Positions 8,427 to 17,548 of a stretch of 64,000 nt of DNA are shown here, piece by piece; positions within the stretch are counted from its first letter, which is position 1; the number at the start of each line of letters is the position of its first letter. The translations under genes and the position numbers were made by a program. A model generated the notes under the pieces. The model was given only the letters and a program-made list of their open reading frames with translations, made no database searches and was not told where the DNA came from. Source of the DNA: Acidobacteriota bacterium (lineage in GTDB: Bacteria > Acidobacteriota > Thermoanaerobaculia > UBA5066 > Gp7-AA6); NCBI GenBank assembly GCA_003222385.1, contig QHVV01000113.1:1352-65351 (forward strand). Reading direction: 5' to 3'.

Positions 8427-10216
8427 TCTCGATCGCGTACCTGGACGGCCGCCGCCTCTCGCGGGCCGTCATCGCGGGTGCGTACTTCGTCTCGGAGCGC
8501 GCAGAACCGCTCAACAAGATCAACGTCTTCCCGGTGCCCGACGGCGACACCGGTTCGAATCTCGCCGCCACCCTGCAGAAGATCGCGGCCGGGATCGCCC
8601 GCCTCCGCGAGCGGCACGTCCGGCGGATGTGCCAGGCCCTGGCCGACGAGGCCTTGGGCGGCGCCCGCGGCAACTCCGGTGCGATCCTGGCGCAGTTCTT
8701 CAGCGGTCTCTGCGAAGGGCTGCCGGACCGCCCGCGCGTCTCGACGCGGGACTTCGGCGCCGCCGCCCTCTCGGCGGCCGAGTCCGCGTACCATGCCATC
8801 GCCCGGCCGGTCGAGGGAACGATCCTGACCGTCATCCGCGACTGGGCGCGCCGCGTCTCGGAGCGCGCGCGCGACGTCCCGGACTTCGCCGAAATCCTGC
8901 CCGACTCGCTGAAAGAAGCGAAGCGATCGCTCGAGAACACGCCGAAGCAGATGAAGGCGCTCCAGAAGGCGGGGGTCGTCGACGCCGGGGCGCAGGGTTT
9001 CGTCTACCTGCTCGAGGGCATCGTGCGTTACGTGCGCGACGCGGCGCGCCGCTCGCTCCCTCCGGTCCCGCCGGAAGAGGTCCGCGCGGCCGTGTTCGAC
9101 CGGACGCCCGAGTCCATTCTCTTCAGATTCTGTACGGAGGCGCTTCTCGAAGGGGACTCGATCGACCGGGACGCCCTCCGGCGGGAGGCGGCTCTGACGG
9201 GAGACTCGGTCGTCATCGCGGGAGGGGCCACGCGGGTGCGCGTGCACGTGCACACCAACGAGCCGGAGAAGCTCTTCGAAACCCTCGCCCGTTTCGGTGA
9301 GATCGCGCAAACGAAGATCGAGGACATGAGGTCGCAGCACGAGACCCGCTTCGATCGGAACCGAGCGGAGCGCGTCGGCATCGTGACCGATTCGACGTGC
9401 GATCTGCCGGCCGCGATGTTCGAAGAGCTGAACATCGGCATGGTCCCGGTGCGCGTGCTCTTCGGGTCCGAGAACTACCTCGACAAGGTGACGCTCACCC
9501 CCGCCGAGTTCTACGCGCGCTTCGCCGTGACCGACGTCGCGCCGAAGACTTCCCAGCCGCCGCCGGCCGACTTCACGCAGGTCTACCGTTTCGTCTCGGG
9601 GCATCATGGCTCGATCGTCTCGATCCACCTGTCGAAGGCGCTCTCCGGCACCTACCAGGCCGCGGTCGTGGGCGCGCGGCCGATCGAGAACACGGCGTTC
9701 GAGCACGTCAACAGCCGGAATGCCTCGGTCGGCCTGGGTCTCGTGGTGCGGGCGGCGGCAGAGGCCGCGGCGTCGGGACGGCCGTTCGCCGAGGTCGTCG
9801 GGATCGCGCGGAACGCGGCCGACCGGGTGAAGGTCTTCATCGCGATGCCGACGTTGAAGCACGTCGTCCGGGGAGGGCGCGTGCCCCGCGGCAAGGGAAT
9901 GCTCGCGAAGCTGCTCGGGATCCTGCCGGTGCTCGCGATCACCCCGAAAGGGACGGCGGAGCCGGTCGCGAGAGCGCGCGGGTTCGACGGGGCACTCCGA
10001 AAGATGATGCGCCTTCTCGAGGAAGCCGCCCGAGCGGGCGACGGGAAGGGGAGCCGCTTCGGGGTGGCGCACTCCGACGCGGCCGAGCTGGCGGAACGGC
10101 TCTCCCGCGAGATTCGCGACCGACATCCCGAGTCCGACGTCATGATCTGCGAGTGCGGACCGGCGCTCGGAGCGCACGGGGGGCCGGGCGCAGTGGCGGT
10201 GGCGGTGCTGCCCTAG
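8423..10216 (+). CDS. fatty acid kinase FakA (DAK2) - FakB (DegV) fusion
   Basis: N-terminal INVFPVPDGDTGSN, GARGNSG, PVEGTILTV, VVDAGAQG; C-terminal IVTDSTCDLP, PKTSQP, LSGTYQAA, HGGPG. Confidence 0.92.
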   Translation: MISIAYLDGRRLSRAVIAGAYFVSERAEPLNKINVFPVPDGDTGSNLAATLQKIAAGIARLRERHVRRMCQALADEALGGARGNSGAILAQFFSGLCEGLPDRPRVSTRDFGAAALSAAESAYHAIARPVEGTILTVIRDWARRVSERARDVPDFAEILPDSLKEAKRSLENTPKQMKALQKAGVVDAGAQGFVYLLEGIVRYVRDAARRSLPPVPPEEVRAAVFDRTPESILFRFCTEALLEGDSIDRDALRREAALTGDSVVIAGGATRVRVHVHTNEPEKLFETLARFGEIAQTKIEDMRSQHETRFDRNRAERVGIVTDSTCDLPAAMFEELNIGMVPVRVLFGSENYLDKVTLTPAEFYARFAVTDVAPKTSQPPPADFTQVYRFVSGHHGSIVSIHLSKALSGTYQAAVVGARPIENTAFEHVNSRNASVGLGLVVRAAAEAAASGRPFAEVVGIARNAADRVKVFIAMPTLKHVVRGGRVPRGKGMLAKLLGILPVLAITPKGTAEPVARARGFDGALRKMMRLLEEAARAGDGKGSRFGVAHSDAAELAERLSREIRDRHPESDVMICECGPALGAHGGPGAVAVAVLP

Positions 10217-10219
10217 GAC

Positions 10220-10816
10220 GTGAGGCGAGGGCAGGCGCCAGGGGTCGGGTGTCAGGTGTCCGAAGAGGTGAGGCGCGGGCGAGTCTGGACGGTCGGGCAC
10301 TCCAACCATCCGCTCGAAAAGTTCATCGGGATCCTGAAAGCCCATGAAATCGAAAGCGTTCTCGACGTCCGGAGGTTTCCGGTCTCGCGCAAGTGGCCGC
10401 ACTTCGACGCGGCGGCGCTCGCCGCCAGCCTCCCGGCGGCTCGAATCCGATACGTCGGAATGCCGGATCTCGGCGGACGGCGGAAGCCTCGCGCCGACTC
10501 GCCCCACGTCGGCTGGCGGAGCGACGCCTTTCGCGGTTACGCGGACTACATGGACACAGGGGAGTTCATGGGGGAGCTCGCGAGAGCGATGTCGCTTGCC
10601 CTCGCCAGCCGGTCGGCGCTGATGTGCGCGGAAGCGGTGCCGTGGCGCTGCCACCGTTCGGTGCTCGCCGACGCGTTCCTGGCGCGCGGCTGGGAAGTGT
10701 TCGAGATCCTCTCCGAGAAGGCGGCGCGGCCTCACGTCCTGCCGGGCTTCGCGCGGCGGGAAGGCGACCGCGTGATCTACGACCGGCCGCCCCAGGGCGA
10801 CCTGGCGCTGCGCTAG
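10220..10816 (+). CDS. DUF488 family protein
   Basis: WTVGHS, DVRRFP, LGGRR, FRGYADYM, MCAEAVPWRCHR. Start may be 10256 or 10268. Confidence 0.88.
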   Translation: MRRGQAPGVGCQVSEEVRRGRVWTVGHSNHPLEKFIGILKAHEIESVLDVRRFPVSRKWPHFDAAALAASLPAARIRYVGMPDLGGRRKPRADSPHVGWRSDAFRGYADYMDTGEFMGELARAMSLALASRSALMCAEAVPWRCHRSVLADAFLARGWEVFEILSEKAARPHVLPGFARREGDRVIYDRPPQGDLALR

Positions 10817-11724
10817 ATTTCCAGCCGTCCCTCTCCGACCCGGACGACCCGACCTCCCATCACCACCCGAACGATCTCGGAGCCGTCGAGGTCGACCTCG
10901 ATGTAGATCGTCGAAGGGCGGTTCACGCAGCGTCCCTGCTCGATCGCCAACGCCGTGACGGGCTGGATCGTGACGGCAGAATGCGCGACCAGGTACGCCC
11001 CGAGGGCGCCGGCGGCCGCTCCCGCGCCGGGCACCTCGACGGACCCGAGGACGTCGAACGCGCGGGCGTGGGCCGCGGACCGCGCTTCACAGGTCTCCTT
11101 CGTGAATGCGTACACGAGCGTGGCGTCGGTCCCCTCGAGAAGGTCGCGCAGGAGCCCGTACCGGGGCCGGGCCGCCGAGAGCGCCGCGAGCGTCGCGACC
11201 GGCACGATCAGCACCGGCAGCCCCGTCGACGCGACGCGGACCGGCTGGTTGGTCGCCTGGATCTCCGCCTCGGCGAGGCCGAGCGCTTCGGCGACGTGGC
11301 CGATTTCCTCGGGGCCGAGCTTGCGCCCGATTTCGGGCAGACGCTGCGTGAGCCGGAGCTGGACGATCCGGCCGCCTTCGGTCAGCAACTCGACCTCGAA
11401 GAGACCACCCTTCCCCTCGTGGGCAACGCGGATCACCGGCTCGGTGAGCGGGCGTCGGGTCTCGGTCGCATGGACGTAGTGCGCGCCGAGAGCGGGATGC
11501 CCGGCGAAAGGGATCTCCCTCTCCCGCGAAAAGATCCGGAGGCGGAACTGCGCGCCGGGGAGTGAAGACGGCAGCAGGAACGCCGTCGCCGCGTGGTCCA
11601 TCTCCCGCGCCACCAGCTGCAGCGTTTCGTCGTCCGCGCCGGAGGCGTCCGGAAACACCGCCAGCGGATTGCCGGCGAGGGGCCGGTCCGCGAAGACGTC
11701 CACGAGGACGTAGCGGAGATTCAC
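10813..11724 (-). CDS. PhzF-family isomerase-like protein (degenerate active site)
   Basis: VDVFADRPLAGNPLAV, RIFS..EIPFAGHP, STGLP, EQG..VNRPS, VGEG. Confidence 0.88.
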   Translation of the reverse strand: MNLRYVLVDVFADRPLAGNPLAVFPDASGADDETLQLVAREMDHAATAFLLPSSLPGAQFRLRIFSREREIPFAGHPALGAHYVHATETRRPLTEPVIRVAHEGKGGLFEVELLTEGGRIVQLRLTQRLPEIGRKLGPEEIGHVAEALGLAEAEIQATNQPVRVASTGLPVLIVPVATLAALSAARPRYGLLRDLLEGTDATLVYAFTKETCEARSAAHARAFDVLGSVEVPGAGAAAGALGAYLVAHSAVTIQPVTALAIEQGRCVNRPSTIYIEVDLDGSEIVRVVMGGRVVRVGEGRLEI

Positions 11725-13815
11725 TCAGGACTTGCGGCGCGCCGCGAGCAGGAGCACGTCGCGGTCTCCGGTCGAGACGCCTTCCCGCTTCCAGTCCGCG
11801 ACGAGGCGGGCGAACGCGGACGAGAGGGGCTGGCTCGAGGTGAGCCGGCCGAATCGCTCCAGAGACGCGTTTCGGGCAGGCGCCGACCCGGTCGCCGCGC
11901 GGAGAACTTCGAGTCCGGTCGAGGCCATGACGAGAACGTCCCCGGCGCGGGTCTCGGTTTCCGCCGACTCTGGCGAAAGGGCGACCGGACGGCCTTCCCG
12001 GAGCAGGACCGGGAGCGAACCGCCTGAGGAAGCGAGAGTGAGCTTTCCCCCGCTCCAGCAGGCCGCGGACGCCGCGCAGCCGGAGTCGAGGGCGGCGACC
12101 GAGGCGACGATCTCGGGGGCCGGGGCGGAGGGGAGAAGGCGGCGGCCGGCTTCGAGAGCGAGGAGCATCCCTCCCAGTGAATCCTCGGGATTCCCGGCCG
12201 GCTCGAGGAGGAGAAAGCCGAGACGGTGCGCTCCTCCCTCGACCGCGAAAGCGATCAGGTTCACCTCTTCCGAGCGCCACCGCAGCGGCGCCGATTCGAA
12301 CCCGGGAACGTCGGGCCACGCGTGCGGAACCAGGAACGTCGACGCTCCACGGATAGCGCGGGCGGCCCCCTCCCGCCGGGCCTTCTCGACGTCGGTCTGG
12401 TGCTGCCGCAACCCGGCGACGGCCAGGGCCGCGTGGGTCCCGACCTCGGCCAAGAATTCCTCGTCCTCTTTCGTGAAGGCCCCGTGCCGCTTGTTCAGGA
12501 TCTCGACGACGCCGACGATCTCGCCCGCCGGAGTTCGCATGGGCGCCGCCAGGATCGAGACGGTGTGGAAGCCGGAGCCTGCATCCGTGCCGGAATCGAA
12601 GCGTCGGTCGTTGTAGGCGTCCGAGACGTTGACGATCTCGCCGGTCGCCGCGACCGAGCCGGCGATTCCCCGGCCCGGCGCGAGCCGGATCGGTGAGATC
12701 GAGCCTCCCTCCAGGATCTGGCTCACGAGCTCGCCCGTCTCCGGATCATTCAGGAAGATCGTCCCGCGCTCGGCGCCGGTTTCGCTCGTCGCGGTCGAGA
12801 GGATGATGCGGAGCGTCTCGGTCGTGTCGAGGGTCGCGGCGAGCGACTTGTTCGCCTCGAGGATCACCATCAGCTTGACCATCTTGGCGCGGGTGACCGA
12901 AACCTCGGCCAGCACGCGGTCCAGCACCTGCCCTTCGAACGCCACGATGGCGTCGGCGAGCGCGGTCGCGTCGGCGAAGCGCGCCTCCGGGTCCTTGGCG
13001 ATAGCGCGGTCGAGGATGCCCGCGAGATCGGGAGGCATGTCCGGGCGCAGGGAGCGCACCGAAGGAGGGACCTCCCGCACGATCCGGCGGACCAGTCGCG
13101 CGGTGTTGTCGTCGTCGATCGGAACCCGGCCGGTGAACATCTCGTAAAGGAGGACCCCCATCGCGTAAACGTCGGTTCGAACGGTCGGCGACTCCCCCTG
13201 GAGAAGCTCCGGGGCCAGGAACTGGGGGGTGCCCGGAACGGTCCCGCCCTGCGGGACGAACCCTCCGGTCTCGACGGCGATCCCGAAATCCATCAGGCGT
13301 GGCTGGCCGTCCTCGCCGACCATGACGTTCTCGGGTTTCAGGTCACGATGGAGGACGCCGATCCGGTGGGCCGCCGCGAGCCCGTTGCAGATCCCCTTGG
13401 CGATCGCGAGGCCCCGGCCGAACGGAAGTATCTTCTCTTTCTGCTCGATGTCCTTGAGCGTCCGCCCCGCGAGGTATTCCATCGACACGAACTCCTCGCC
13501 CGCGATCTCGACGAGGTCGTACACGCGGCAGACGTTCTCGTGCGTGACCCGTCGCGCGAGGATGATCTCGCGTCGCAGCGTCTCGCGCCGCTCCGGCGAA
13601 AACCGATCGGGCCGAATGCGCTTCAACGCAATCTCGGCGTCGAGCTTCAAGTCGTGCGCCCGGTAGACGACGCCCATGCCGCCGAAGCCGAGGACTTGAT
13701 CGACGCGGTAGCGGCCGCCGAGAACGGATCCCGACCGGTGGGGAACTTCACCCGTTGCGGAAGTCGGGGTCGCCGCCACCCCCTCGCGCGTGGGACTCTC
13801 GCTTTCCCGGGACAT
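11725..13815 (-). CDS. Hanks-type Ser/Thr kinase with GAF domain and degenerate SpoIIE/PP2C-like C-terminus
   Basis: GFGGMGVVY, ALK, HRDLKPEN, DFG, GTPQFLAPE; GAF with GIAGSVA..GE..NV.DAY.D.RF and NK...FT.EDE; C-terminal GDVLVMASTGL...DRDVLLL. Confidence 0.9.
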   Translation of the reverse strand: MSRESESPTREGVAATPTSATGEVPHRSGSVLGGRYRVDQVLGFGGMGVVYRAHDLKLDAEIALKRIRPDRFSPERRETLRREIILARRVTHENVCRVYDLVEIAGEEFVSMEYLAGRTLKDIEQKEKILPFGRGLAIAKGICNGLAAAHRIGVLHRDLKPENVMVGEDGQPRLMDFGIAVETGGFVPQGGTVPGTPQFLAPELLQGESPTVRTDVYAMGVLLYEMFTGRVPIDDDNTARLVRRIVREVPPSVRSLRPDMPPDLAGILDRAIAKDPEARFADATALADAIVAFEGQVLDRVLAEVSVTRAKMVKLMVILEANKSLAATLDTTETLRIILSTATSETGAERGTIFLNDPETGELVSQILEGGSISPIRLAPGRGIAGSVAATGEIVNVSDAYNDRRFDSGTDAGSGFHTVSILAAPMRTPAGEIVGVVEILNKRHGAFTKEDEEFLAEVGTHAALAVAGLRQHQTDVEKARREGAARAIRGASTFLVPHAWPDVPGFESAPLRWRSEEVNLIAFAVEGGAHRLGFLLLEPAGNPEDSLGGMLLALEAGRRLLPSAPAPEIVASVAALDSGCAASAACWSGGKLTLASSGGSLPVLLREGRPVALSPESAETETRAGDVLVMASTGLEVLRAATGSAPARNASLERFGRLTSSQPLSSAFARLVADWKREGVSTGDRDVLLLAARRKS

Positions 13816-13899
13816 GTTTAGCGGCCGCTCGTCGCGGCCGGGAGAGAGTCAACGGCCGCGATCCACCATCCCATGGCCTGGCAGGAATCATACGGCTGA

Positions 13900-13928
13900 T
13901 TGACTTGAAGTCGGCCCGGGAATAGCGT
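13900..13928 (+). promoter_or_regulatory. sigma70-type promoter for the fadL-like operon
   Basis: TTGACT-17 nt-TAGCGT upstream of a GGAGGAG RBS. Confidence 0.6.
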
Positions 13929-13971
13929 GCGCCGGACTCTCGATCCAACGAGAACCCACGGAGGAGAAAAC

Positions 13972-15285
13972 GTGACCAGACGAAGTCGGGTGAGATTTCC
14001 GGAGACCTTCCTTGCCCTGGCGCTCTTCTTTCTCGCCGCTTCGCCGGCGCGTCCAGCCGGCTTCTCGATCTTCGCCCAGGGAGCAAAGGCATCGGGAATG
14101 GGCCTCGCCTTCACGGCGGTCGCGGACGATCCGTCCGCGGTCTTCTACAACCCCGCGGGCCTCGGCTTCCAGAAGCACTTCAGCGCGATGGTCGGAGGGT
14201 CGCTGCTCTCCAAGGTGAAGGGGGAGTTCGAAGGGGCGAATCCATTTCCCGGACCGGCGTTCGGCGTGGAAGAACAGAGCAAGTCCACGTTCTACCTCCC
14301 GACTTTCTATGCGGTCCTTCCGCTGACGTCGAACGTGAACTTCGGCGTCGGCGTGTTCGCCCCGTACGGTCTGGGCTTTCGCTGGGCGGATGCCGAGCAG
14401 TTCTCGGGGCGCTTCATCGCCCAGAACGCCGTCATCCAGACGGCGGACGTCAATCCCGTCCTCTCGCTCCAGGTCGCGCCGTCGCTGTCGCTCGGCGTCG
14501 GGGCCGACTACCGTCTCTCGCGGGTCCAGCTCGAGCGCAACCGCGCGGCGATCAATCCGTTCACGCAGTCGGTCGTGGACGTCGCCCACATCAAGCTCAC
14601 GAGCGACCTCCAGGACAATCACGGCTGGGGCTGGAACGCCGGGCTCCTCTGGAAGCCGGTACCGACGTTCTCGCTCGGCGCCTCCTATCGCAGCTCGATC
14701 AAGGTCGACTACGACGGAGAGGGCAAGTTCACGCAGCGCCTGACCGGGAACGCCGCGTTCGACGCGGCCGTCGCGGCGAGCCTGCCGCAGGGCAAGCAGA
14801 AGGTCGCCGTCACGATCGACTTCCCGGCGTCAGTCAACCTCGGCGCCGCGATCAACCTGCCGGCGAATTTCCGGGTTTCCCTCGACGCGGACTGGACCGA
14901 ATGGAAGTCGTTCAATCGGCTCTTCATCGACTTCGCCAATACCGCGATTCCCGACCTCCTGCGGCCGACGAACTGGAAGGACTCCTGGGCGTACCGCGCC
15001 GGGCTCGAAAAGAAGTGGGGGAGCTTCGCCGTCCGCGCCGGCTATTACAAAGACAAGAGCCCGCAGCCGCTGGCCGACGTCGGCCCGATCCTGGCGGACG
15101 CGGATCGCAAAGCGTACACGCTGGGCCTCGGCTACGACGCCGATCGATGGGGGGTCAACCTCTCCGATATCTACATCGACTTCGATCATCGGGACACACG
15201 GGGCCAGGTGAACCACGATCAGTTCTTCGGACAGTATTCGGAAAAAGCGAACCTCGTGGCGTTCGATTTTCGCGTCTCGTTCTAA
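13972..15285 (+). CDS. OmpP1/FadL-family outer-membrane transporter
   Basis: Signal peptide, then AGFSIFAQGAKASGMGLAFTAVADDPSAVFYNPAGL, APYGL, beta-barrel pattern and C-terminal Phe. Confidence 0.92.
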   Translation: MTRRSRVRFPETFLALALFFLAASPARPAGFSIFAQGAKASGMGLAFTAVADDPSAVFYNPAGLGFQKHFSAMVGGSLLSKVKGEFEGANPFPGPAFGVEEQSKSTFYLPTFYAVLPLTSNVNFGVGVFAPYGLGFRWADAEQFSGRFIAQNAVIQTADVNPVLSLQVAPSLSLGVGADYRLSRVQLERNRAAINPFTQSVVDVAHIKLTSDLQDNHGWGWNAGLLWKPVPTFSLGASYRSSIKVDYDGEGKFTQRLTGNAAFDAAVAASLPQGKQKVAVTIDFPASVNLGAAINLPANFRVSLDADWTEWKSFNRLFIDFANTAIPDLLRPTNWKDSWAYRAGLEKKWGSFAVRAGYYKDKSPQPLADVGPILADADRKAYTLGLGYDADRWGVNLSDIYIDFDHRDTRGQVNHDQFFGQYSEKANLVAFDFRVSF

Positions 15286-15296
15286 CCAAGGAGATG

Positions 15297-16772
15297 ATGA
15301 TGAAGAGGATGACGTTTCGCGCGGCTGTTTCTGCCGGGGTGCTCACCGCGCTCGCTGCTTCGCCTCTCTTTTCGCAGACGGCGTTCCACAAATTCGTAGC
15401 GGTCGGCGACAGTCTGGTCGCGGGGGAGGAGGGAAACTGCCTCGTTGAGCGTCATCAGAACCGTTCCTGGGTCAAGCTCGTCGCCAACCAGCTCGGGATC
15501 TCCGACTTCCAGCAGCCCCTGATCTCCGAGAGGGCGCTGACGAACCCTCTGACCGGACAGCCGTGCCTGGGCGCCGTGATCTCCGGTCAGACGATCACGG
15601 TCGGTGCGGTCTCGCAGATGGGCACTAACCAGAACGCGGCCCTGTCTCGACCGTACGACAACCTCGGGTTCATCGGGTCGCCGCGCATCAAGGATTTCGT
15701 GGACCTGAAGGTCTCCGTGCCCGGTCGCTCCGGCACGGACAACGTTGCCGCGATCGTCCTGCGAAATTTCGCGGGAGGCCCGTTCGAGGGCATGAGCGCG
15801 GTCGACGAGGCCAACTCCCTCAACCCCGATCTCGTCGGGCTCTGGGCCGGCAACAACGACGTTCTCGGCGCCGCCACTTCCGCGGTGGCCATCGACGGCG
15901 TGACGCTCACGCCGGTCGCCGCGTTCGAGGCCAAGTACACCGAGGTCCTGACCGGTCTGGCGGCGAGCGGCCGCACGATCGTCACGTTCACGATCCCGGA
16001 CGTCGCGGCGATCCCCTTCGAGACCACGATCCCGCCGGTCGTGGTGAATCCGGCAACCAGGCAACCCGTGCTGGTCGGCGGTCAACCGGTTGGTTTGCTC
16101 GGTCCCCGCACGACCTCGACCTGTTCGACCCCGCCCTGCCCGCTCCCGGCCGGAACTCTGGTCACTCTGTCGGCCTCGTCCCTGCTCGCCCAGGGGATCG
16201 GGATTCCCGTGGCTCTCGGCGGAACCGGTCTGCCGCTTCCGGACGGAGGGTTTTCTCCCCCCTCTACGCTCAATCCCGGGGTCCTGCTCTATCCCGACGA
16301 AGTGGCGCTGATTCAGCAGCGGACGATCGATCTCAACGCGAAGATCGGATCGATTTCCGCGGCGAACGGGGCAATCCTGATCGACGCGTACAGTCTGTTC
16401 AATGAGATCAAGGTAAATGGATTCGAGATCGGCGGCATTACCCTGACGGCGAGCTTCCTGACCGGAGGGTTGTTCTCCGCCGATGGCGTTCATCCGTCCC
16501 AGATCGGATACGCGATCTTCGCCGATCAAGTGATCCAGGCGTTGAACGCCGCCAAGGGGAGCGGCATCGAGCGACCGGATATCGCACACGCGCTGTTGAC
16601 TCCGAACGTGCCGACGATCAGTACCGCCGGGGAGGTCGATCCGAGCGGCGGTCCGTACGGTTTCTCGCTTTCGATGTGGAAAGAGCTGCTGGGCTCGTTC
16701 GGTCCCGAGGAAGGGATCTCCGTCGTCTTGCCGGGCTCGGGCAAGCGGGTCCCGCGGGTGGTCCACCGATAA
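15297..16772 (+). CDS. secreted SGNH/GDSL hydrolase (lipase-like)
   Basis: Signal peptide, VAVGDSLVAG, WAGNNDVLG, SADGVHPS; AAGGAG RBS after the fadL-like gene. Confidence 0.88.
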   Translation: MMKRMTFRAAVSAGVLTALAASPLFSQTAFHKFVAVGDSLVAGEEGNCLVERHQNRSWVKLVANQLGISDFQQPLISERALTNPLTGQPCLGAVISGQTITVGAVSQMGTNQNAALSRPYDNLGFIGSPRIKDFVDLKVSVPGRSGTDNVAAIVLRNFAGGPFEGMSAVDEANSLNPDLVGLWAGNNDVLGAATSAVAIDGVTLTPVAAFEAKYTEVLTGLAASGRTIVTFTIPDVAAIPFETTIPPVVVNPATRQPVLVGGQPVGLLGPRTTSTCSTPPCPLPAGTLVTLSASSLLAQGIGIPVALGGTGLPLPDGGFSPPSTLNPGVLLYPDEVALIQQRTIDLNAKIGSISAANGAILIDAYSLFNEIKVNGFEIGGITLTASFLTGGLFSADGVHPSQIGYAIFADQVIQALNAAKGSGIERPDIAHALLTPNVPTISTAGEVDPSGGPYGFSLSMWKELLGSFGPEEGISVVLPGSGKRVPRVVHR

Positions 16773-16792
16773 GAAGCGGGGAGAGACCGACG

Positions 16793-16819
16793 AAGCCCCG
16801 GCCCGTCCGGGGCTTTTTT
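16793..16819 (+). terminator. rho-independent terminator
   Basis: AAGCCCCGG-cccgt-CCGGGGCTT followed by a T-run. Confidence 0.85.
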
Positions 16820-16858
16820 CTGCTAGATTTCGCGAGTTTTTCGGTGGAGTAGCGCCTC

Positions 16859-17419
16859 ATGATGATTTCCGCGACTCAAATTCGCAGCGGGACTCTGCTC
16901 ATCTACAACCGCGAGCTCCACCGCGCGCACGAAGTCATCCACAAGACTCCCGGCAACCTGCGCGGGTTCGTTCAGGTCAAGATGCGGAACCTGCGCAACG
17001 GCGCGATGATCGAGCACCGTTTCGGATCGACCGACCGCGTCGAGAAGGCGTCGCTCGACGAACGGGAAATGGAGTACCTCTACTCGGACGCGGCCGGTCA
17101 CCACTTCATGGACAGCGAGAGCTACGACCAGGTCACCCTCTCCGACGAGGTGATCGGGGAGCAGATGGCCTACCTCCTTCCCAACACGTCCATTCGGGTC
17201 GACCTCTTCGACGGCAACCCGGTCGGCATTGAGCTTCCGAACACGGTCACTTTGAAAGTCGTCGAAACCCAGCCCGGGATGAAGGGAGCGACCGCGTCGG
17301 CGTCGTACAAGCCCGCGAGGCTCGAAACAGGGCTCTCCGTGATGGTGCCCCAGTTCATCGAGGTCGGGACGCGCATCAAGGTCGACACGCGCGACAACAC
17401 CTACCTCGAGCGCGCCTGA
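16859..17419 (+). CDS. efp: elongation factor P (Asn at loop tip)
   Basis: ATQIRSG, TPGNLRG loop, YLYSD, FMD.ESYDQ, KPARLETG, VPQFI, KVDTR...YLERA. Confidence 0.95.
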   Translation: MMISATQIRSGTLLIYNRELHRAHEVIHKTPGNLRGFVQVKMRNLRNGAMIEHRFGSTDRVEKASLDEREMEYLYSDAAGHHFMDSESYDQVTLSDEVIGEQMAYLLPNTSIRVDLFDGNPVGIELPNTVTLKVVETQPGMKGATASASYKPARLETGLSVMVPQFIEVGTRIKVDTRDNTYLERA

Positions 17420-17518
17420 CCGGAGCCGAAATCGGTAATCGGTCACCGGTCATCGAGGCGGGTGTCCGCGCTGGAGAGCAGGTCGTGTCCCTTTTCGGCG
17501 CGATATGCTGTATCGCCA

Positions 17519-17531
17519 TAAGTATTTGATT
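17519..17531 (-). promoter_or_regulatory. IHF consensus binding site
   Basis: The minus strand reads AATCAAATACTTA, matching WATCAANNNNTTR, in an AT-rich intergenic patch. Confidence 0.45.
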
Positions 17532-17548
17532 CTGCGGGTCTTTTTTCC

